Source of the DNA: Ruminococcus sp.
GTDB taxonomy: Bacteria > Bacillota > Clostridia > Oscillospirales > Ruminococcaceae
Direction: 5' to 3'
Assembly (NCBI GenBank): GCA_045659945.1
Contig: JAZRCW010000010.1
Location: 60,884-124,883, forward strand
Length of the DNA: 64,000 nt
The notes below the pieces were generated by a model. It was not told where the DNA came from. It saw only the letters and a program-made list of their open reading frames with translations, and did no database searches. The stretch's first letter is position 1; each line of letters opens with the position of its first letter. A program made the position numbers and the translations under genes. This document shows, in pieces, positions 45,552 to 56,855 of this stretch.

Positions 45552-46877
45552 TTATGAAAGGAATCCCTTATGGTGTCTCATCATAAGATGTGATTCAAGT
45601 GTACGAGTTGTTTCAAGAGCAACACTTACAGCGATAAGAAGTGTTGTACCTCCCATTGAGAGAGAAGCAAGCTTCTGATCGGCAATTCCGAAGAAAATCG
45701 GGATAACAGCTATAATTCCGAGGAATATAGCACCTACCAGAGCAATCTTGGAAAGAATTCTCTGGATATAGTCAGCTGTGGGCTTACCAGGTCTAATACC
45801 GGGGATACCGCCGTTTGACTGACGAAGATTGTTTGCAATTTCAGTAGGATTGTACTGAAGTGAAACATAGAAATAGTTGAATGCAATTATCAGTATGAAG
45901 TACAGAACTGCATATGTCCAGCTCTGTGTACTGAAGAACTGACAGAACTTGATGTAGAACTGTGAAGACTCTGCATCAATAGGATTGAAAAGCTGAATTG
46001 TCTGGGGAAGTGACATAAACGACATAGCGAAGATGATAGGCATAACACCGCTCATCATAATCTTTATCGGAATATGTGTCTTCTGTCCGCCGTACTGTTT
46101 TCTACCTACAACACGCTTTGCGTACTGGATAGGAATACGTCTTTCAGCCTCATTCATCAGAACGATGAATGTGAATTCAAGTATAATAAATACCACGTAG
46201 CCGAGTGCTACAAAGAGGTATTTTGCAGGCTGTTCCTTAACGAGACCGATAAGTGTACCTGCGTCGGTGGGGAATCTTGCAGCGATACCTGCGAAAAGTA
46301 TCATAGATACGCCGTTTCCGAGTCCCTTTTCGCTTATTCTGTTACCCATCCATACAACGAATGACGCACCAGCAACGAAGCATGCTACGATTACGATTCC
46401 GGAGAACCACATCTCCCAGCCGCTTGTGTACTTGACAGCTGTTTCACCAGCGTCGTTAGTCATCTTTGTAAGTGTGAGATAATAAGCGTAACCCATAAAT
46501 ATGGAGAGAGCAAGTGCAACACCTGCTGTAATCTTATTAATCTTTTTACGTCCTTCTTCACCCTCGTCCTTGAGTCTTTCAAGTGGAGGAAGTGCATATG
46601 TCAGCAGCTGAATGATGATTGACGCATTGATATAAGGTGTAATTGAAAGTGAGAACAGTGTTGCCTTTGATAAAGCACCACCGGTGATTGTGTTCAGATA
46701 CTCAAGGAAGTTACCGCCTGAAGCGTTGCTGTCCATCCATGTTGCTACAACTGATGTATCAAGGAAAGGAACGGCAATTGCACTTCCTAATCTGAAAATC
46801 ACTATCATGAGTAATGTATAAAGAAGCTTTTTACGGATTTCCGGTACGCTCCATGCACGTTTCAGAGTCTGAAACAC
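45552..46877 (-). CDS. secY: Preprotein translocase subunit SecY
   Basis: 441-aa, 10-TM protein with typical SecY sequence. Lies between rplO and adk. Confidence 0.95.
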   Translation of the reverse strand: MFQTLKRAWSVPEIRKKLLYTLLMIVIFRLGSAIAVPFLDTSVVATWMDSNASGGNFLEYLNTITGGALSKATLFSLSITPYINASIIIQLLTYALPPLERLKDEGEEGRKKINKITAGVALALSIFMGYAYYLTLTKMTNDAGETAVKYTSGWEMWFSGIVIVACFVAGASFVVWMGNRISEKGLGNGVSMILFAGIAARFPTDAGTLIGLVKEQPAKYLFVALGYVVFIILEFTFIVLMNEAERRIPIQYAKRVVGRKQYGGQKTHIPIKIMMSGVMPIIFAMSFMSLPQTIQLFNPIDAESSQFYIKFCQFFSTQSWTYAVLYFILIIAFNYFYVSLQYNPTEIANNLRQSNGGIPGIRPGKPTADYIQRILSKIALVGAIFLGIIAVIPIFFGIADQKLASLSMGGTTLLIAVSVALETTRTLESHLMMRHHKGFLS

Positions 46878-46878
46878 A

Positions 46879-47319
46879 TTACATCACCTCAGTCTTTCCG
46901 CCTGCCTTTTCAATTTTCTCTACAGCACTCTGAGAGAATTTTGCAGCTTTAACAGTAAGCTGAGCTGTAAGCTCTCCGTTTCCGAGAACCTTAACGCCAT
47001 CAAGCTCCTTCTTGATAAGGCCTGTAGCCTTGAGAAGCTCTGCGTCTACAACTGTACCGTTCTCGAACTTGTTAAGATCGGATACATTAATGATAGCATA
47101 CTTTGTAGCGAAGATGTTGTTGAAACCTCTCTTAGGAATACGTCTTGCGAGAGGCATCTGTCCGCCTTCAAAGCCAATTCTTACGCCGCCGCCTGAACGA
47201 GCGTTCTGTCCCTTGTGGCCCTTTCCAGCAGTCTTACCGCTGCCTGAACCGTGACCTCTACCTACACGCTTTACAGCCTTGTTGGAATCGGGTGCGGGAG
47301 TTAATTCGTGAATTCTCAT
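46879..47319 (-). CDS. rplO: 50S ribosomal protein L15
   Basis: [25 protein letters not shown]. The ATG at 47319 follows AAGGAGG. Confidence 0.95.
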   Translation of the reverse strand: MRIHELTPAPDSNKAVKRVGRGHGSGSGKTAGKGHKGQNARSGGGVRIGFEGGQMPLARRIPKRGFNNIFATKYAIINVSDLNKFENGTVVDAELLKATGLIKKELDGVKVLGNGELTAQLTVKAAKFSQSAVEKIEKAGGKTEVM

Positions 47320-47336
47320 GGTTTGCACCTCCTTGT

Positions 47337-47513
47337 TTACGCTTCAGTAACCTCGATGAGGTGTGAAATCTTCTTGATTTTGCCCTGTGTCTGAGCATTG
47401 TCGGGCTGAACTGTCACATCGCCGATCTTCTTAAGACCGAGTGCCTTAGCAGTAGCGATCTGATCCTTCTTGCAGCTGATGAGGCTCTTAACGAGCTTGA
47501 TATTCTTAGCCAT
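47337..47513 (-). CDS. rpmD: 50S ribosomal protein L30
   Basis: [27 protein letters not shown]. The ATG is 8 nt after AAGGAGG. Confidence 0.9.
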   Translation of the reverse strand: MAKNIKLVKSLISCKKDQIATAKALGLKKIGDVTVQPDNAQTQGKIKKISHLIEVTEA

Positions 47514-47526
47514 TGTCAATGCCTCC

Positions 47527-48027
47527 TTAACCTAAAATTTCCTTAACGGACTTGCCTCTCTTAGCAGCGATCTCCTTAGCAGAAGTACAAGCCTTAAGAC
47601 CGTTGATTGTAGCTCTTACTACATTACAGGGATTGTTGGAACGGAGAGATTTTGTTCTGATGTCCTTGATACCTGCAACTTCGATTACCGCACGAACAGG
47701 ACCGCCTGCGATAACACCTGTACCAGGTGCAGCGGGCTTCATAAGAACTCTGCCTGCACCAAATGCACCAACGATTTCGTGGGGAATTGTTGTACCCTTA
47801 AGAGAAACCTTGCAGAGGTTCTTCTTTGCGTCCTCGATACCCTTACGGATAGCGTCGGGAACTTCGCCTGACTTACCAAGGCCAAAGCCTACAGTACCGT
47901 TTCCGTCACCAACAACTACGAGAGCTGAGAACTTCATGATACGACCGCCCTTAACTGTCTTGGAAACTCTGTTGATAGCAACAACCTTTTCCACCAGCTC
48001 GGGAGCCTGTGTTTCAATATTAGCCAT
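47527..48027 (-). CDS. rpsE: 30S ribosomal protein S5
   Basis: [27 protein letters not shown]. Confidence 0.95.
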   Translation of the reverse strand: MANIETQAPELVEKVVAINRVSKTVKGGRIMKFSALVVVGDGNGTVGFGLGKSGEVPDAIRKGIEDAKKNLCKVSLKGTTIPHEIVGAFGAGRVLMKPAAPGTGVIAGGPVRAVIEVAGIKDIRTKSLRSNNPCNVVRATINGLKACTSAKEIAAKRGKSVKEILG

Positions 48028-48042
48028 TGTTTTACCTCCCTC

Positions 48043-48402
48043 TTAGAACTGTAATCCGTTTTCACGGGCACCCTCGGCGAGTTCCTTAACTCTTCCGTGG
48101 TAGAGGTAGCCGCCTCTGTCAAATACAACTTCTGTAATACCCTTTGCAGCAGCGTTCTTTGCGATCATTTCGCCAACCTTGCGAGCACCATCAATGTTGC
48201 CGCCGTTGCCCTCAAAGCCCTTATCCATGCTGGATGCAGAAGCAAGAGTAACTCCGTTTACGTCGTCGATAATCTGAGCATAGATGTGCTTAGAAGAACG
48301 GAATACATTGAGACGGGGACACTCAGGAGTACCGGAAATCTTATAACGAACTCTGCGGTGTCTCTTTAATCTTGCCTTATTGCTGTCAAATTTCTTTATC
48401 AT
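48043..48402 (-). CDS. rplR: 50S ribosomal protein L18
   Basis: [33 protein letters not shown]. Confidence 0.95.
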   Translation of the reverse strand: MIKKFDSNKARLKRHRRVRYKISGTPECPRLNVFRSSKHIYAQIIDDVNGVTLASASSMDKGFEGNGGNIDGARKVGEMIAKNAAAKGITEVVFDRGGYLYHGRVKELAEGARENGLQF

Positions 48403-48421
48403 AGCAATTTGCTCCTTTTAA

Positions 48422-48967
48422 TTACTTCTTGCCCTTACCGGCCTTACCTTCCTTGCGGATGATACGCTCGCCGGCATATCTGATGCCCTTGCCCTTGTAA
48501 GGCTCAGGTGGACGCTTCTCACGGATTTCAGCTGCAATCTGACCTACAGCCTGCTTATCGATACCGCTAACAATAATTCTGTTAGGTGCAGGAACGTCAA
48601 GCTTGATTGTATCTGTTTCCTCAAATACTACGGGATGTGAGAATCCGAGGTTGAGATTTACCTGATTGCCTGTCTTTGCGGCACGGTAGCCGACACCCTC
48701 AATTTCGAGTGTCTTGGAATATCCGTTTGTTACACCCTCAACCATGTTAGCGATGAGAGTTCTTGTAAGACCGTGAAGTGAACGATTTTCCTTCTCGTCG
48801 TTAGGTCTTGTTACTGTGATAACACCGGGCTCAACGTTGATTGTGAGCACTGTGCTGAACTGTTTTGTAAGTTCGCCCTTGGGTCCCTTTACAGTAATGC
48901 AGTTATTGTCGTTCTTAACCTCTACACCTGCAGGAACAACGATAGGCATTTTGCCGATTCTTGACAT
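48422..48967 (-). CDS. rplF: 50S ribosomal protein L6
   Basis: MSRIGKMPIVVPAGVEV... Confidence 0.95.
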   Translation of the reverse strand: MSRIGKMPIVVPAGVEVKNDNNCITVKGPKGELTKQFSTVLTINVEPGVITVTRPNDEKENRSLHGLTRTLIANMVEGVTNGYSKTLEIEGVGYRAAKTGNQVNLNLGFSHPVVFEETDTIKLDVPAPNRIIVSGIDKQAVGQIAAEIREKRPPEPYKGKGIRYAGERIIRKEGKAGKGKK

Positions 48968-48981
48968 AACCTTGCTCCTCC

Positions 48982-49380
48982 TTACCAGATGTATGCGAGT
49001 ACTTCGCCGCCGACATTGAGCTCACGAGCCTTCTTGTCTGTAACGATACCCTTTGATGTAGAAACGATTGCAATACCAAGTCCCTTTCTTACCTTGGGCA
49101 TATCTGCGCAGCTTGAGTAAATACGCAGACCGGGCTTGGAAACTCTTCTGAGTCCTGTGATAACAGGTGATCTGTTGTCACCGTATTTAAGCGTGATTCT
49201 GATAACACCCTGCTTACCGTCCTCAATTACCTGAAAGCTCTTTACATAACCCTCGTCAACGAGAATCTGTGTGATAGCCTTCTTAACATTTGAAGCGGGA
49301 ACGTCAACTGTGGCGTGCTTTGCAGTATTCGCATTACGAATTCTTGTTAAAAGATCAGCGATTGTATCTGTGATTTGCAT
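48982..49380 (-). CDS. rpsH: 30S ribosomal protein S8
   Basis: [18 protein letters not shown]. Confidence 0.95.
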   Translation of the reverse strand: MQITDTIADLLTRIRNANTAKHATVDVPASNVKKAITQILVDEGYVKSFQVIEDGKQGVIRITLKYGDNRSPVITGLRRVSKPGLRIYSSCADMPKVRKGLGIAIVSTSKGIVTDKKARELNVGGEVLAYIW

Positions 49381-49403
49381 TCAGATGACCTCCTTTTCGT
49401 ATT

Positions 49404-49589
49404 TTACCAGCTTGCCTTCTTTACGCCGGGAATCTGTCCGTCGTGTGCAAGCTCTCTGAAGCATACACGGCAAATGCCGAATTTTCTGAGATAAGCGTGT
49501 GGTCTACCACAAATCTTACATCTGTTGTATGCTCTTGTGGAATACTTGGGAGTCTTCTGCTGCTTATTGATCATTGCCTTTTTAGCCAT
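49404..49589 (-). CDS. rpsN: 30S ribosomal protein S14, short Zn-ribbon (type Z) form
   Basis: 61 aa with [23 protein letters not shown]. Confidence 0.95.
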   Translation of the reverse strand: MAKKAMINKQQKTPKYSTRAYNRCKICGRPHAYLRKFGICRVCFRELAHDGQIPGVKKASW

Positions 49590-49605
49590 TTTTATTCCTC
49601 CCTGA

Positions 49606-50145
49606 TTACTTGATGAACGGAGCTCCGAGGAGTGAGAGAAGCTCTCTACCCTCTTCGTCGGTATTAGCTGTAGTGATAAAGTTGATATCCATACCTCTTA
49701 CCTTGTCGATCTTGTCATACTCGATCTCAGGGAAAATGAGCTGCTCCTTGATACCTGTAGAGTAGTTGCCTCTACCGTCGAAAGAGTTACCGTTGATACC
49801 TCTGAAGTCACGTACACGGGGGAACGCAACGTTGAAGAGCTTGTCAACAAACTCATACATCTTCTCGCCTCTGAGAGTTACCTTTACACCGATAGGCATA
49901 CCCTCACGGAGCTTGAAGTTAGCTACGGATTTCTTAGCTCTGCATACTACGGGCTTCTGACCTGTAATAGCAGCGATATCTGTCATGATAGCGTCGATAA
50001 CCTTTGCGTTATCCTTTGCCTCGCCTGCACCAACGTTGATAACAACCTTGTCAAGCTTGGGAATCTGCATAACGCTCTTGTATCCGAACTTCTTCATAAG
50101 TGCGGGAGCAACGTCGCTAACATAAAAATCTTTTAATCTTGCCAT
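49606..50145 (-). CDS. rplE: 50S ribosomal protein L5
   Basis: [39 protein letters not shown]. Confidence 0.95.
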   Translation of the reverse strand: MARLKDFYVSDVAPALMKKFGYKSVMQIPKLDKVVINVGAGEAKDNAKVIDAIMTDIAAITGQKPVVCRAKKSVANFKLREGMPIGVKVTLRGEKMYEFVDKLFNVAFPRVRDFRGINGNSFDGRGNYSTGIKEQLIFPEIEYDKIDKVRGMDINFITTANTDEEGRELLSLLGAPFIK

Positions 50146-50163
50146 TGTCGTTTCTCCTTTACA

Positions 50164-50505
50164 TTATTCAAAAGACTTGCCGCACTTCTTGCAGACACGG
50201 AACTTCTTTCCGTTCTCGTCAAAAGTGTGACCAACTCTTGTGGGCTTGCCGCACTTGGGGCATACCAGCTGTACCTTTGAAGCGTACACAGGTGCCTCTG
50301 TCTTTACGATGCCGCCCTGCTGACCCATTCTTGTGGGTTTTACGTGCTTTGTGATAACGTTGATACCCTCAACGATTACCTTGCCCTCCTTGGGGCTTAC
50401 TTCTGCAACTTTACCGGTCTTTCTGTCGCCGTTCTTATCGTACTTATCCTCGTACTTACCTGTAAGCAGGATAACGGTGTCACCGGTTTTTACGTGAACT
50501 TTACT
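50164..50505 (-). CDS. rplX: 50S ribosomal protein L24 with CxxC...CxxC C-terminal segment
   Basis: [19 protein letters not shown] region. C-terminus [32 protein letters not shown]. Confidence 0.9.
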   Translation of the reverse strand, partial: SKVHVKTGDTVILLTGKYEDKYDKNGDRKTGKVAEVSPKEGKVIVEGINVITKHVKPTRMGQQGGIVKTEAPVYASKVQLVCPKCGKPTRVGHTFDENGKKFRVCKKCGKSFE

Positions 50506-50526
50506 CATATCTTGTGACACCTCCGA

Positions 50527-50895
50527 TTAAAGAACCTCGGGAGCGAGGCTGAGGATCTTTGTGTATTCCTTTTCACGAAGCTCCTTAGCAACAGGTCCGA
50601 AAATACGGGTACCCTTGGGGTTCTTGTCTTCCTTAATAATAACAGCAGCGTTCTCATCGAAACGGATATATGTTCCGTCCTCTCTTCTGAGACCCTTTGC
50701 TGAACGAACGATAACTGCCTTAACAACGTCGCCCTTCTTTACAACGCCTCCGGGTGTTGCTTTCTTTACGGAAGCAACTACAACGTCACCGATATTTGCA
50801 TATCTGCGGCGTGTACCACCCAGAACTCTGATACACATAAGCTCCTTAGCGCCAGTGTTATCAGCGACTTTAAGATAAGTCTGCATCTGAATCAC
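50527..50895 (-). CDS. rplN: 50S ribosomal protein L14
   Basis: [27 protein letters not shown]. Confidence 0.95.
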   Translation of the reverse strand: MIQMQTYLKVADNTGAKELMCIRVLGGTRRRYANIGDVVVASVKKATPGGVVKKGDVVKAVIVRSAKGLRREDGTYIRFDENAAVIIKEDKNPKGTRIFGPVAKELREKEYTKILSLAPEVL

Positions 50896-50933
50896 AGCGA
50901 GTTCCTCCTTTCAAGCTTAAAGCTTATAACAAA

Positions 50934-51194
50934 TTACTTAGCCTTTTCAATGATGTTGGTTACACGCCATCTCTTATCCTTGGAAAGCGGACGTGTTTCC
51001 ATGATCTCAACTCTGTCACCAATTCTGCACTCGTTGTTCTCGTCGTGTGCCTTGAACTTAACAGTGTTCTTGATGATTTTCTTATAAAGCGGGTGTTTAA
51101 CGTTATCAACGATAGCAACTACGACGGTCTTATCCATCTTATCGCTTACAACCTTACCTACTCTTGTTTTTCTAAGGTTTCTCTCAGTAGACAT
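50934..51194 (-). CDS. rpsQ: 30S ribosomal protein S17
   Basis: [21 protein letters not shown]. Confidence 0.95.
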   Translation of the reverse strand: MSTERNLRKTRVGKVVSDKMDKTVVVAIVDNVKHPLYKKIIKNTVKFKAHDENNECRIGDRVEIMETRPLSKDKRWRVTNIIEKAK

Positions 51195-51213
51195 TAGCTA
51201 AATCCTCCCTTTC

Positions 51214-51411
51214 TTACTGCTCTGCAAGCTCTGCAGCACGCAGAGATGTCTTGATACGAGCAATATCCTTCTTTACAGCCTTAATGCGAGCTGTGTTTTC
51301 GAGCTGATTTACAGCAAGCTGGAAACGAAGATTGAAGAGCTCTTCCTTAAGGCTTGTAAGCTGCTCGTTCATTTCGTTAACGGACATTTCTCTGATTTCA
51401 GATGCCTTCAT
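51214..51411 (-). CDS. rpmC: 50S ribosomal protein L29
   Basis: [20 protein letters not shown]. Confidence 0.95.
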   Translation of the reverse strand: MKASEIREMSVNEMNEQLTSLKEELFNLRFQLAVNQLENTARIKAVKKDIARIKTSLRAAELAEQ

Positions 51412-51833
51412 TACTGCTCTCCTCCTTCTTCCTTAGTTACGAACTTACACTTGATGGGGAGCTTGTGCATAGCAAGACGCATAGCCTCACGTGCAACCTC
51501 CTCGGATACTCCCTTGATCTCAAAGAGAACTCTGCCGGGCTTAACTACTGCAACCCAGTACTCGGGAGAACCCTTACCTGAACCCATTCGTGTTTCAGCG
51601 GGCTTTTCTGTGATGGGCTTGTCAGGGAAAATCTTGATCCAAACCTGACCGCCTCTCTTGATGTAACGTGTCATAGCGATACGGGCAGCCTCGATCTGGT
51701 TGGATGTGATCCATGATGGCTCAAGTGCCTGAAGACCGAAATCACCGTATGTTACCTTGTTACCTCTGTATGCCTTACCCTTAAGACGTCCTCTGTGGAC
51801 TCTGCGGTATTTAACTCTCTTTGGAAGCAGCAT
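51411..51833 (-). CDS. rplP: 50S ribosomal protein L16
   Basis: [19 protein letters not shown]. Confidence 0.95.
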   Translation of the reverse strand: MLLPKRVKYRRVHRGRLKGKAYRGNKVTYGDFGLQALEPSWITSNQIEAARIAMTRYIKRGGQVWIKIFPDKPITEKPAETRMGSGKGSPEYWVAVVKPGRVLFEIKGVSEEVAREAMRLAMHKLPIKCKFVTKEEGGEQ

Positions 51834-52621
51834 TACTGGTTACCTCCTTCTCTTTTTGCGTCACGGTTGAAGTTTCTTCCGCCACGTCTGTTACCGTCAC
51901 GCTTGTCATCACGGCGACGACGGTCGTCACGACGATTGCCGTTAGCCTTCTTCTCAGCCTTTTCTCTCTGAGCAGCAGCCTTTGCAGCGTCGCCCTTAAG
52001 AACTTCACCCTTGTAGATCCATACCTTAACACCGAGCTTACCGTATGTTGTGTTAGCCTCTGCGAAGCCGTAGTCGATGTCTGCACGGATTGTCTGAAGC
52101 GGAATTGTACCCTCGTGGTAGCTCTCGCTTCTTGCGATTTCAGCACCGGCAAGTCTGCCTGATACCTTAACCTTGATACCCTTTGCACCAAGTCTCATTG
52201 TTCTGCCGATAGACTGCTTCATTGCACGTCTGAAAGATACTCTGTTCTCGAGGTCGAGAGCAATCTTCTCAGCAACGAGCTGTGAGTCCATATCAGGCTG
52301 CTTAACTTCGATGATGTTAACGAATACCTGCTTGTTCATCATCTTTTCAAGCTGAACTCTGAGCTTCTCTATTTCAGCGCCCTGTCTGCCGATAACGATA
52401 CCGGGCTTAGCGCAGTGAATGTGGATTCTTACCTTATCGGCAAAACGCTCGATTTCGATTCTGGGAACACCTGCTGCATACAAGCTCTTCTTAATGAAGT
52501 TACGAACGTTGTAGTCCTCAACAAGAGTGTCGCCGAAATCTGCCTTGTTGGCATACCAGCGTGAATCCCAATCTTTAATAACGCCGACACGAAGACCGTG
52601 CGGATTAACCTTCTGTCCCAT
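51833..52621 (-). CDS. rpsC: 30S ribosomal protein S3 with Arg/Asp-rich C-terminal extension
   Basis: [25 protein letters not shown]-terminal ...[28 protein letters not shown]. Confidence 0.95.
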   Translation of the reverse strand: MGQKVNPHGLRVGVIKDWDSRWYANKADFGDTLVEDYNVRNFIKKSLYAAGVPRIEIERFADKVRIHIHCAKPGIVIGRQGAEIEKLRVQLEKMMNKQVFVNIIEVKQPDMDSQLVAEKIALDLENRVSFRRAMKQSIGRTMRLGAKGIKVKVSGRLAGAEIARSESYHEGTIPLQTIRADIDYGFAEANTTYGKLGVKVWIYKGEVLKGDAAKAAAQREKAEKKANGNRRDDRRRRDDKRDGNRRGGRNFNRDAKREGGNQ

Positions 52622-52640
52622 TAATCAGACCTCCTTGGGA

Positions 52641-52976
52641 TTATTCTTTTTCTTTAAGAACAACTGTGATGTGTGATGTTCTCTTGAATACTCTAAATGC
52701 TCTGCCCTGTGCTCTGGGTCTTATTCTCTTCATGATAGGGCCGGGTGTTACGAAACACTCAGCAACGTAGAGATTGTCGCCATCCATGCTGAAATTGTTA
52801 ACAGCATTAGCCTGAGCGGATTTTACAAGCTTTGAAACGATAGGACTTGCAGCCTTAGGAGTAAGATCTAAAGCAGCTAAAGCCAGGTCAACAGGCTTGT
52901 TTCTGATGAGATCGAGAACGATCTGCACCTTTCTGGGTGATATACGAGCATTTCTTAAATAAGCTCTCGCTTCCAT
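52641..52976 (-). CDS. rplV: 50S ribosomal protein L22
   Basis: [20 protein letters not shown]. Confidence 0.95.
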   Translation of the reverse strand: MEARAYLRNARISPRKVQIVLDLIRNKPVDLALAALDLTPKAASPIVSKLVKSAQANAVNNFSMDGDNLYVAECFVTPGPIMKRIRPRAQGRAFRVFKRTSHITVVLKEKE

Positions 52977-52995
52977 CTATAGCTCCTCCTTCCGC

Positions 52996-53280
52996 TTATT
53001 TCTTACCGTTGTTAGATGTCTTGGAGCCTGCATGGCCCTTGTATGTTCTTGTAGGTGCGAACTCGCCGAGCTTGTGACCTACCATATCCTCTGTAACATA
53101 TACCGGAACGTGCTTGCGACCGTCGTGTACAGCGAATGTGTGACCAACGAAGTCAGGGAAAATTGTGGAAGAACGGCTCCATGTCTTGAGAACCTTCTTC
53201 TCGCCTGCCTCATTCATAGCAACGACCCTCTTCAGGAGAACTTCCTGGACATAAGGTCCCTTTTTGATACTTCTACTCAT
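52996..53280 (-). CDS. rpsS: 30S ribosomal protein S19
   Basis: [11 protein letters not shown]...[17 protein letters not shown]. Confidence 0.95.
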   Translation of the reverse strand: MSRSIKKGPYVQEVLLKRVVAMNEAGEKKVLKTWSRSSTIFPDFVGHTFAVHDGRKHVPVYVTEDMVGHKLGEFAPTRTYKGHAGSKTSNNGKK

Positions 53281-53302
53281 TTATCAAGTTCCTCCTTTCA
53301 GA

Positions 53303-54136
53303 TTACTTGCCGTTGCGGCGCTTAACGATGAACTTATCAGTTCTGTGGTTCTTCTTACGTGTCTTGTAACCAAGAGCAGGCTTGCCCCAAGGTGTAACAG
53401 GGCCGGGTCTTCCGATAGGTGACTTACCTTCACCACCACCGTGAGGGTGATCGCAGGGGTTCATAACAGAACCACGAACAGTAGGTCTCCAACCCATATT
53501 TCTTACACGACCAGCCTTACCGTAGTTAACGTTCTCGTGATCGATGTTTGAAACCTGACCAACTGTAGCCTTACAGTTTACAGGAACCTTTCTCATCTCG
53601 CCGGAAGGAAGTCTTACGAGAGCGTACTTGTCTTCCTTACCCATAAGCTGAGCCTGGTTACCAGCGCTTCTTACGAGCTGAGCACCCTTGCCAGGATAAA
53701 GCTCGATAGCGTGGATAAATGTACCAACGGGGATATCAGCAAGCTTGAGAGCGTTACCGGGCTTGATATCAGCCTCTGCACCAGACTCAATCTTATCGCC
53801 AACCTTAAGACCGTTGGGAGCGATGATATATCTCTTCTCGCCGTCCTCGTACTGAACGAGAGCGATGAAAGCTGATCTGTTAGGATCGTACTCAAGTGTG
53901 AGAACAGTAGCAACCATGTTGTCCTTGTCACGCTTGAAATCTATGATACGGTACTTTCTTCTGTTACCGCCGCCTCTGTGGCGAACTGTAATACGGCCGT
54001 AGCTGTTTCTTCCCGACTTCTTCTTCATGGGTTCGAGAAGGCTCTTTTCCGGCTCAACCTTTGACAGTACAGAATAATCTGTAACAGTCATCTGACGTCT
54101 GGAAGGCGTCGTAGGCTTGTAGGTTTTAATAGCCAT
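53303..54136 (-). CDS. rplB: 50S ribosomal protein L2
   Basis: [14 protein letters not shown]...[13 protein letters not shown]. Confidence 0.95.
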   Translation of the reverse strand: MAIKTYKPTTPSRRQMTVTDYSVLSKVEPEKSLLEPMKKKSGRNSYGRITVRHRGGGNRRKYRIIDFKRDKDNMVATVLTLEYDPNRSAFIALVQYEDGEKRYIIAPNGLKVGDKIESGAEADIKPGNALKLADIPVGTFIHAIELYPGKGAQLVRSAGNQAQLMGKEDKYALVRLPSGEMRKVPVNCKATVGQVSNIDHENVNYGKAGRVRNMGWRPTVRGSVMNPCDHPHGGGEGKSPIGRPGPVTPWGKPALGYKTRKKNHRTDKFIVKRRNGK

Positions 54137-54205
54137 TTATTTCACTCCTTATTATAATGCGTTTTTGCGGGAGCATTACTCCCATACTGTAATCAGCAAA
54201 TCTGA

Positions 54206-54499
54206 TTAATACATACCCTCGAAGAATTCAATTGTCTTGGAATCGGGTGTAAGAGTAACGATAGCCTTCTTCCAGGAAGAAGTCATACCCTCATATCTGC
54301 CGAGGCGCTTCATCTTGCCCTTAACGTTCATAGTAGTAACCTTGTCTACCTCAACGCCGAAGAGCTTTTCGATAGCCTTCTTGATTTCGGGCTTTGTAGC
54401 GTCCTTAGCCACTTTAAAAGTGTACTTGCCTGCCTGAAGTCCGTCCATAGACTTTTCAGTGATAACGGGCTTGATAATAATATCCTGAGCAGTTTTCAT
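54206..54499 (-). CDS. rplW: 50S ribosomal protein L23
   Basis: [11 protein letters not shown]...[19 protein letters not shown]. Confidence 0.95.
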   Translation of the reverse strand: MKTAQDIIIKPVITEKSMDGLQAGKYTFKVAKDATKPEIKKAIEKLFGVEVDKVTTMNVKGKMKRLGRYEGMTSSWKKAIVTLTPDSKTIEFFEGMY

Positions 54500-55122
54500 T
54501 ATGCGTACACCTCCTCAATTTTTCCAACGGCATTCTTAACAACGATGAACTTATCGTAGTTGAGAATATCGTATACGTTGAGTGTGTTAACAGCAGCGGT
54601 CTTGATTCCGGGGATGTTAGCTGCACTCTTGATAACCTTTGTATCAGCCTCAGCAGTAACGATGAGTGCCTTACCCTCAACATTGAGAGCCTTGAGCATC
54701 TCAACGATTGTCTTTGTCTTGAATGTTTCAAGCTCAAGAGCGTCGAGAACGATCATGTTATTGTCGAGAACCTTTGTGGAAAGAGCAGACTTCATAGCGA
54801 GTCTTCTTACCTTTTTATTGAGAGCATATCTGTAATCTCTGGGCTTTGGTCCGAGAGCAACACCACCGTGTACCCACTGAGGAGCACGTGTGGATCCCTG
54901 TCTTGCGTGACCTGTACCCTTCTGTCTCCAGGGCTTTCTTCCGCCGCCGCTTACTTCTGTTCTTGTAAGTGTTGACTGTGTACCCTGTCTCTGGTTAGCG
55001 AGGTAATTTACTACCATAGCGTGCATAACGCCTTCGTTGGGAGTAATTCCGAATACAGCGTCATTAAGCTCTGTTTCGGAAACCTGATTTCCAGCCATAT
55101 CAAATACTGAAATTGTAGACAT
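54499..55122 (-). CDS. rplD: 50S ribosomal protein L4
   Basis: [33 protein letters not shown]. Confidence 0.95.
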   Translation of the reverse strand: MSTISVFDMAGNQVSETELNDAVFGITPNEGVMHAMVVNYLANQRQGTQSTLTRTEVSGGGRKPWRQKGTGHARQGSTRAPQWVHGGVALGPKPRDYRYALNKKVRRLAMKSALSTKVLDNNMIVLDALELETFKTKTIVEMLKALNVEGKALIVTAEADTKVIKSAANIPGIKTAAVNTLNVYDILNYDKFIVVKNAVGKIEEVYA

Positions 55123-55139
55123 ATACGTTTCCTCCTTCC

Positions 55140-55772
55140 TTAAGCCTTAACGCTGTCAACGATATAAACGATTCCGCCCTTAGGACCGGGAACCGCACCC
55201 TTAATAGCGATGAGATTGTTTTCTGCGTCTATCTTAACTACTTCAAGATTCTGAACAGTTACCTGCTCAGCACCCATGTGACCTGCCATGCCCTTACCCT
55301 TGTAGATTCTGGAAGGTGAGGAGCAAGCACCCATGGAACCTGCCTGTCTGTGAACAGGGCCTGTACCGTGAGTTTCCTTAAGTCTGTGCTGATTGTGACG
55401 CTTGATAGCACCCTGGAAGCCCTTACCCTTGCTTGTGCCGATTACATCAATAGAATCGCCAACTGCAAAAGTATCAGCCTTTACGATGTCACCAACATTG
55501 AGAGCGTCGCAGTCATCAAGTCTGAACTCTTTAAGAGTTTTCTTGCAAGCCACGTCAGCCTTGTCGAAGTGACCCTTCATAGGCTTATTAACTCTCTGAA
55601 CCTTTACGTCGCCGTAGCCGAGCTGAAGTGCAGCGTAACCGTCGTTTTCAACAGTCTTCTTCTGAACAACAACACAGGGGCCGGCTTCGATTACTGTTAC
55701 AGGAATAACTTTTCCTGCTTCGTCGAAGATCTGTGTCATACCGATCTTCTTGCCGATAATGCCTTTCTGCAT
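55140..55772 (-). CDS. rplC: 50S ribosomal protein L3
   Basis: [29 protein letters not shown]. The second ATG is preferred on RBS spacing. Confidence 0.95.
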   Translation of the reverse strand: MQKGIIGKKIGMTQIFDEAGKVIPVTVIEAGPCVVVQKKTVENDGYAALQLGYGDVKVQRVNKPMKGHFDKADVACKKTLKEFRLDDCDALNVGDIVKADTFAVGDSIDVIGTSKGKGFQGAIKRHNQHRLKETHGTGPVHRQAGSMGACSSPSRIYKGKGMAGHMGAEQVTVQNLEVVKIDAENNLIAIKGAVPGPKGGIVYIVDSVKA

Positions 55773-55882
55773 TTTCATTTCCTCCTATTAGGTTATTGGT
55801 TGATAAAAGTCTTACCAACATGACCGGCGGACTACCGCCATTCCGTTTCCCGAACGGTAATTTCAAGCGTAAATGGTACCAA

Positions 55883-56197
55883 TTACTTGATTTCCATTAC
55901 AACGTCTACGCCTGCGGGGATTTCAAGCTTATCAAAAGCAGCAGTTGTCTTCTCTGTAGGACGAAGAACATCGATGAGTCTCTTGTGAGTTCTCATTTCA
56001 AACTGCTCACGGCTATCCTTGTACTTGTGAGTAGCACGGAGGATAGTAACGATCTCCTTGTTTGTAGGGAGCGGAATAGGTCCTGAAACTCTAGCACCGC
56101 TTCTCTTAGCTGCCTCAACAATCTTTGCAGCAGCAATATCTACTGTAGCGTGATCGTAACCCTTGATCTTGAATCTGATTTTCTCGTTGACTGCCAT
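55883..56197 (-). CDS. rpsJ: 30S ribosomal protein S10
   Basis: [15 protein letters not shown]...SGPIPLPT. The ATG at 56197 follows AAGGAGG. Confidence 0.95.
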   Translation of the reverse strand: MAVNEKIRFKIKGYDHATVDIAAAKIVEAAKRSGARVSGPIPLPTNKEIVTILRATHKYKDSREQFEMRTHKRLIDVLRPTEKTTAAFDKLEIPAGVDVVMEIK

Positions 56198-56276
56198 TAT
56201 TTTCGCCTCCTTGAAAAATTTTGAGGACGTTTTGAGGGATATCACACGTCGCCGCGTGTTTCATACCCTGTCTGAT

Positions 56277-56308
56277 AAAAAAACTCGAAAATTTCATGTA
56301 TTTTCGAG
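56277..56308 (-). terminator. Intrinsic terminator (attenuator) inside the S10 operon leader
   Basis: Minus strand: CTCGAAAAT-acatgaa-ATTTTCGAG followed by TTTTTTT. It lies about 80 nt upstream of the rpsJ start and downstream of the promoter at 56519-56547. Confidence 0.7.
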
Positions 56309-56518
56309 CAGACATAGTTTCACGGACACAAAAATAGCCTATAAGTACACTCGCAAGCTGTACCGTAAGCAATCACACATACTGTGTCCATTATCCCTTT
56401 CGCCCGGTTTGAAATCGGACATACTCCACGGAAATTACCTGACACACCGTCAGCAACCTTTCGCTTCAACGCATATCTTCTTGGCAAGGTGTTTTTTACA
56501 CCATACTCAACGATATTT

Positions 56519-56547
56519 ATTATACCATATTTATGTAACAATTGCAA
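56519..56547 (-). promoter_or_regulatory. Promoter of the S10-spc-alpha supercluster
   Basis: Minus strand: TTGCAA, 17-nt spacer, TATAAT. Confidence 0.65.
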
Positions 56548-56633
56548 GCTTTACCGAAAAATTCATTGTAGAACTTTAACGGCAACGACTGGAAATTTAT
56601 GTGCATTTTGACAACAGTGTGAGCTTTTAGCTG

Positions 56634-56834
56634 TTAGCTGATAGGCTTTAGCTTTATATTATTTGACAAATCACAGATTTCGCCTATATTATGCAAAAAA
56701 GAACATGGCAAACCGTGTCCTTCAGTCTGTCCAAAAACAAAATACGGCATTTTTTGTATTTCCGATATAGTTAAGGTATCTCGTTTGCAAACTTCATCTA
56801 TGAATTTATTCAACCTTAAATCCTTGTCAGTCAT
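56634..56834 (-). CDS. Hypothetical small protein (66 aa)
   Basis: ORF 21 nt downstream of the lipoprotein gene, same strand. Weak RBS and no recognisable motif. Confidence 0.35.
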   Translation of the reverse strand: MTDKDLRLNKFIDEVCKRDTLTISEIQKMPYFVFGQTEGHGLPCSFLHNIGEICDLSNNIKLKPIS

Positions 56835-56855
56835 GGCTTTTCTTTTCCTTGAAAA

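Noticed and set aside
47552-48046. 164-aa plus-strand ORF, and similar 60-160-aa ORFs throughout 40.6-56.2 kb
   Set aside because: All are antisense or out of frame relative to highly conserved ribosomal protein genes. Their compositions are Pro/Ser/Arg-rich mirror artefacts.
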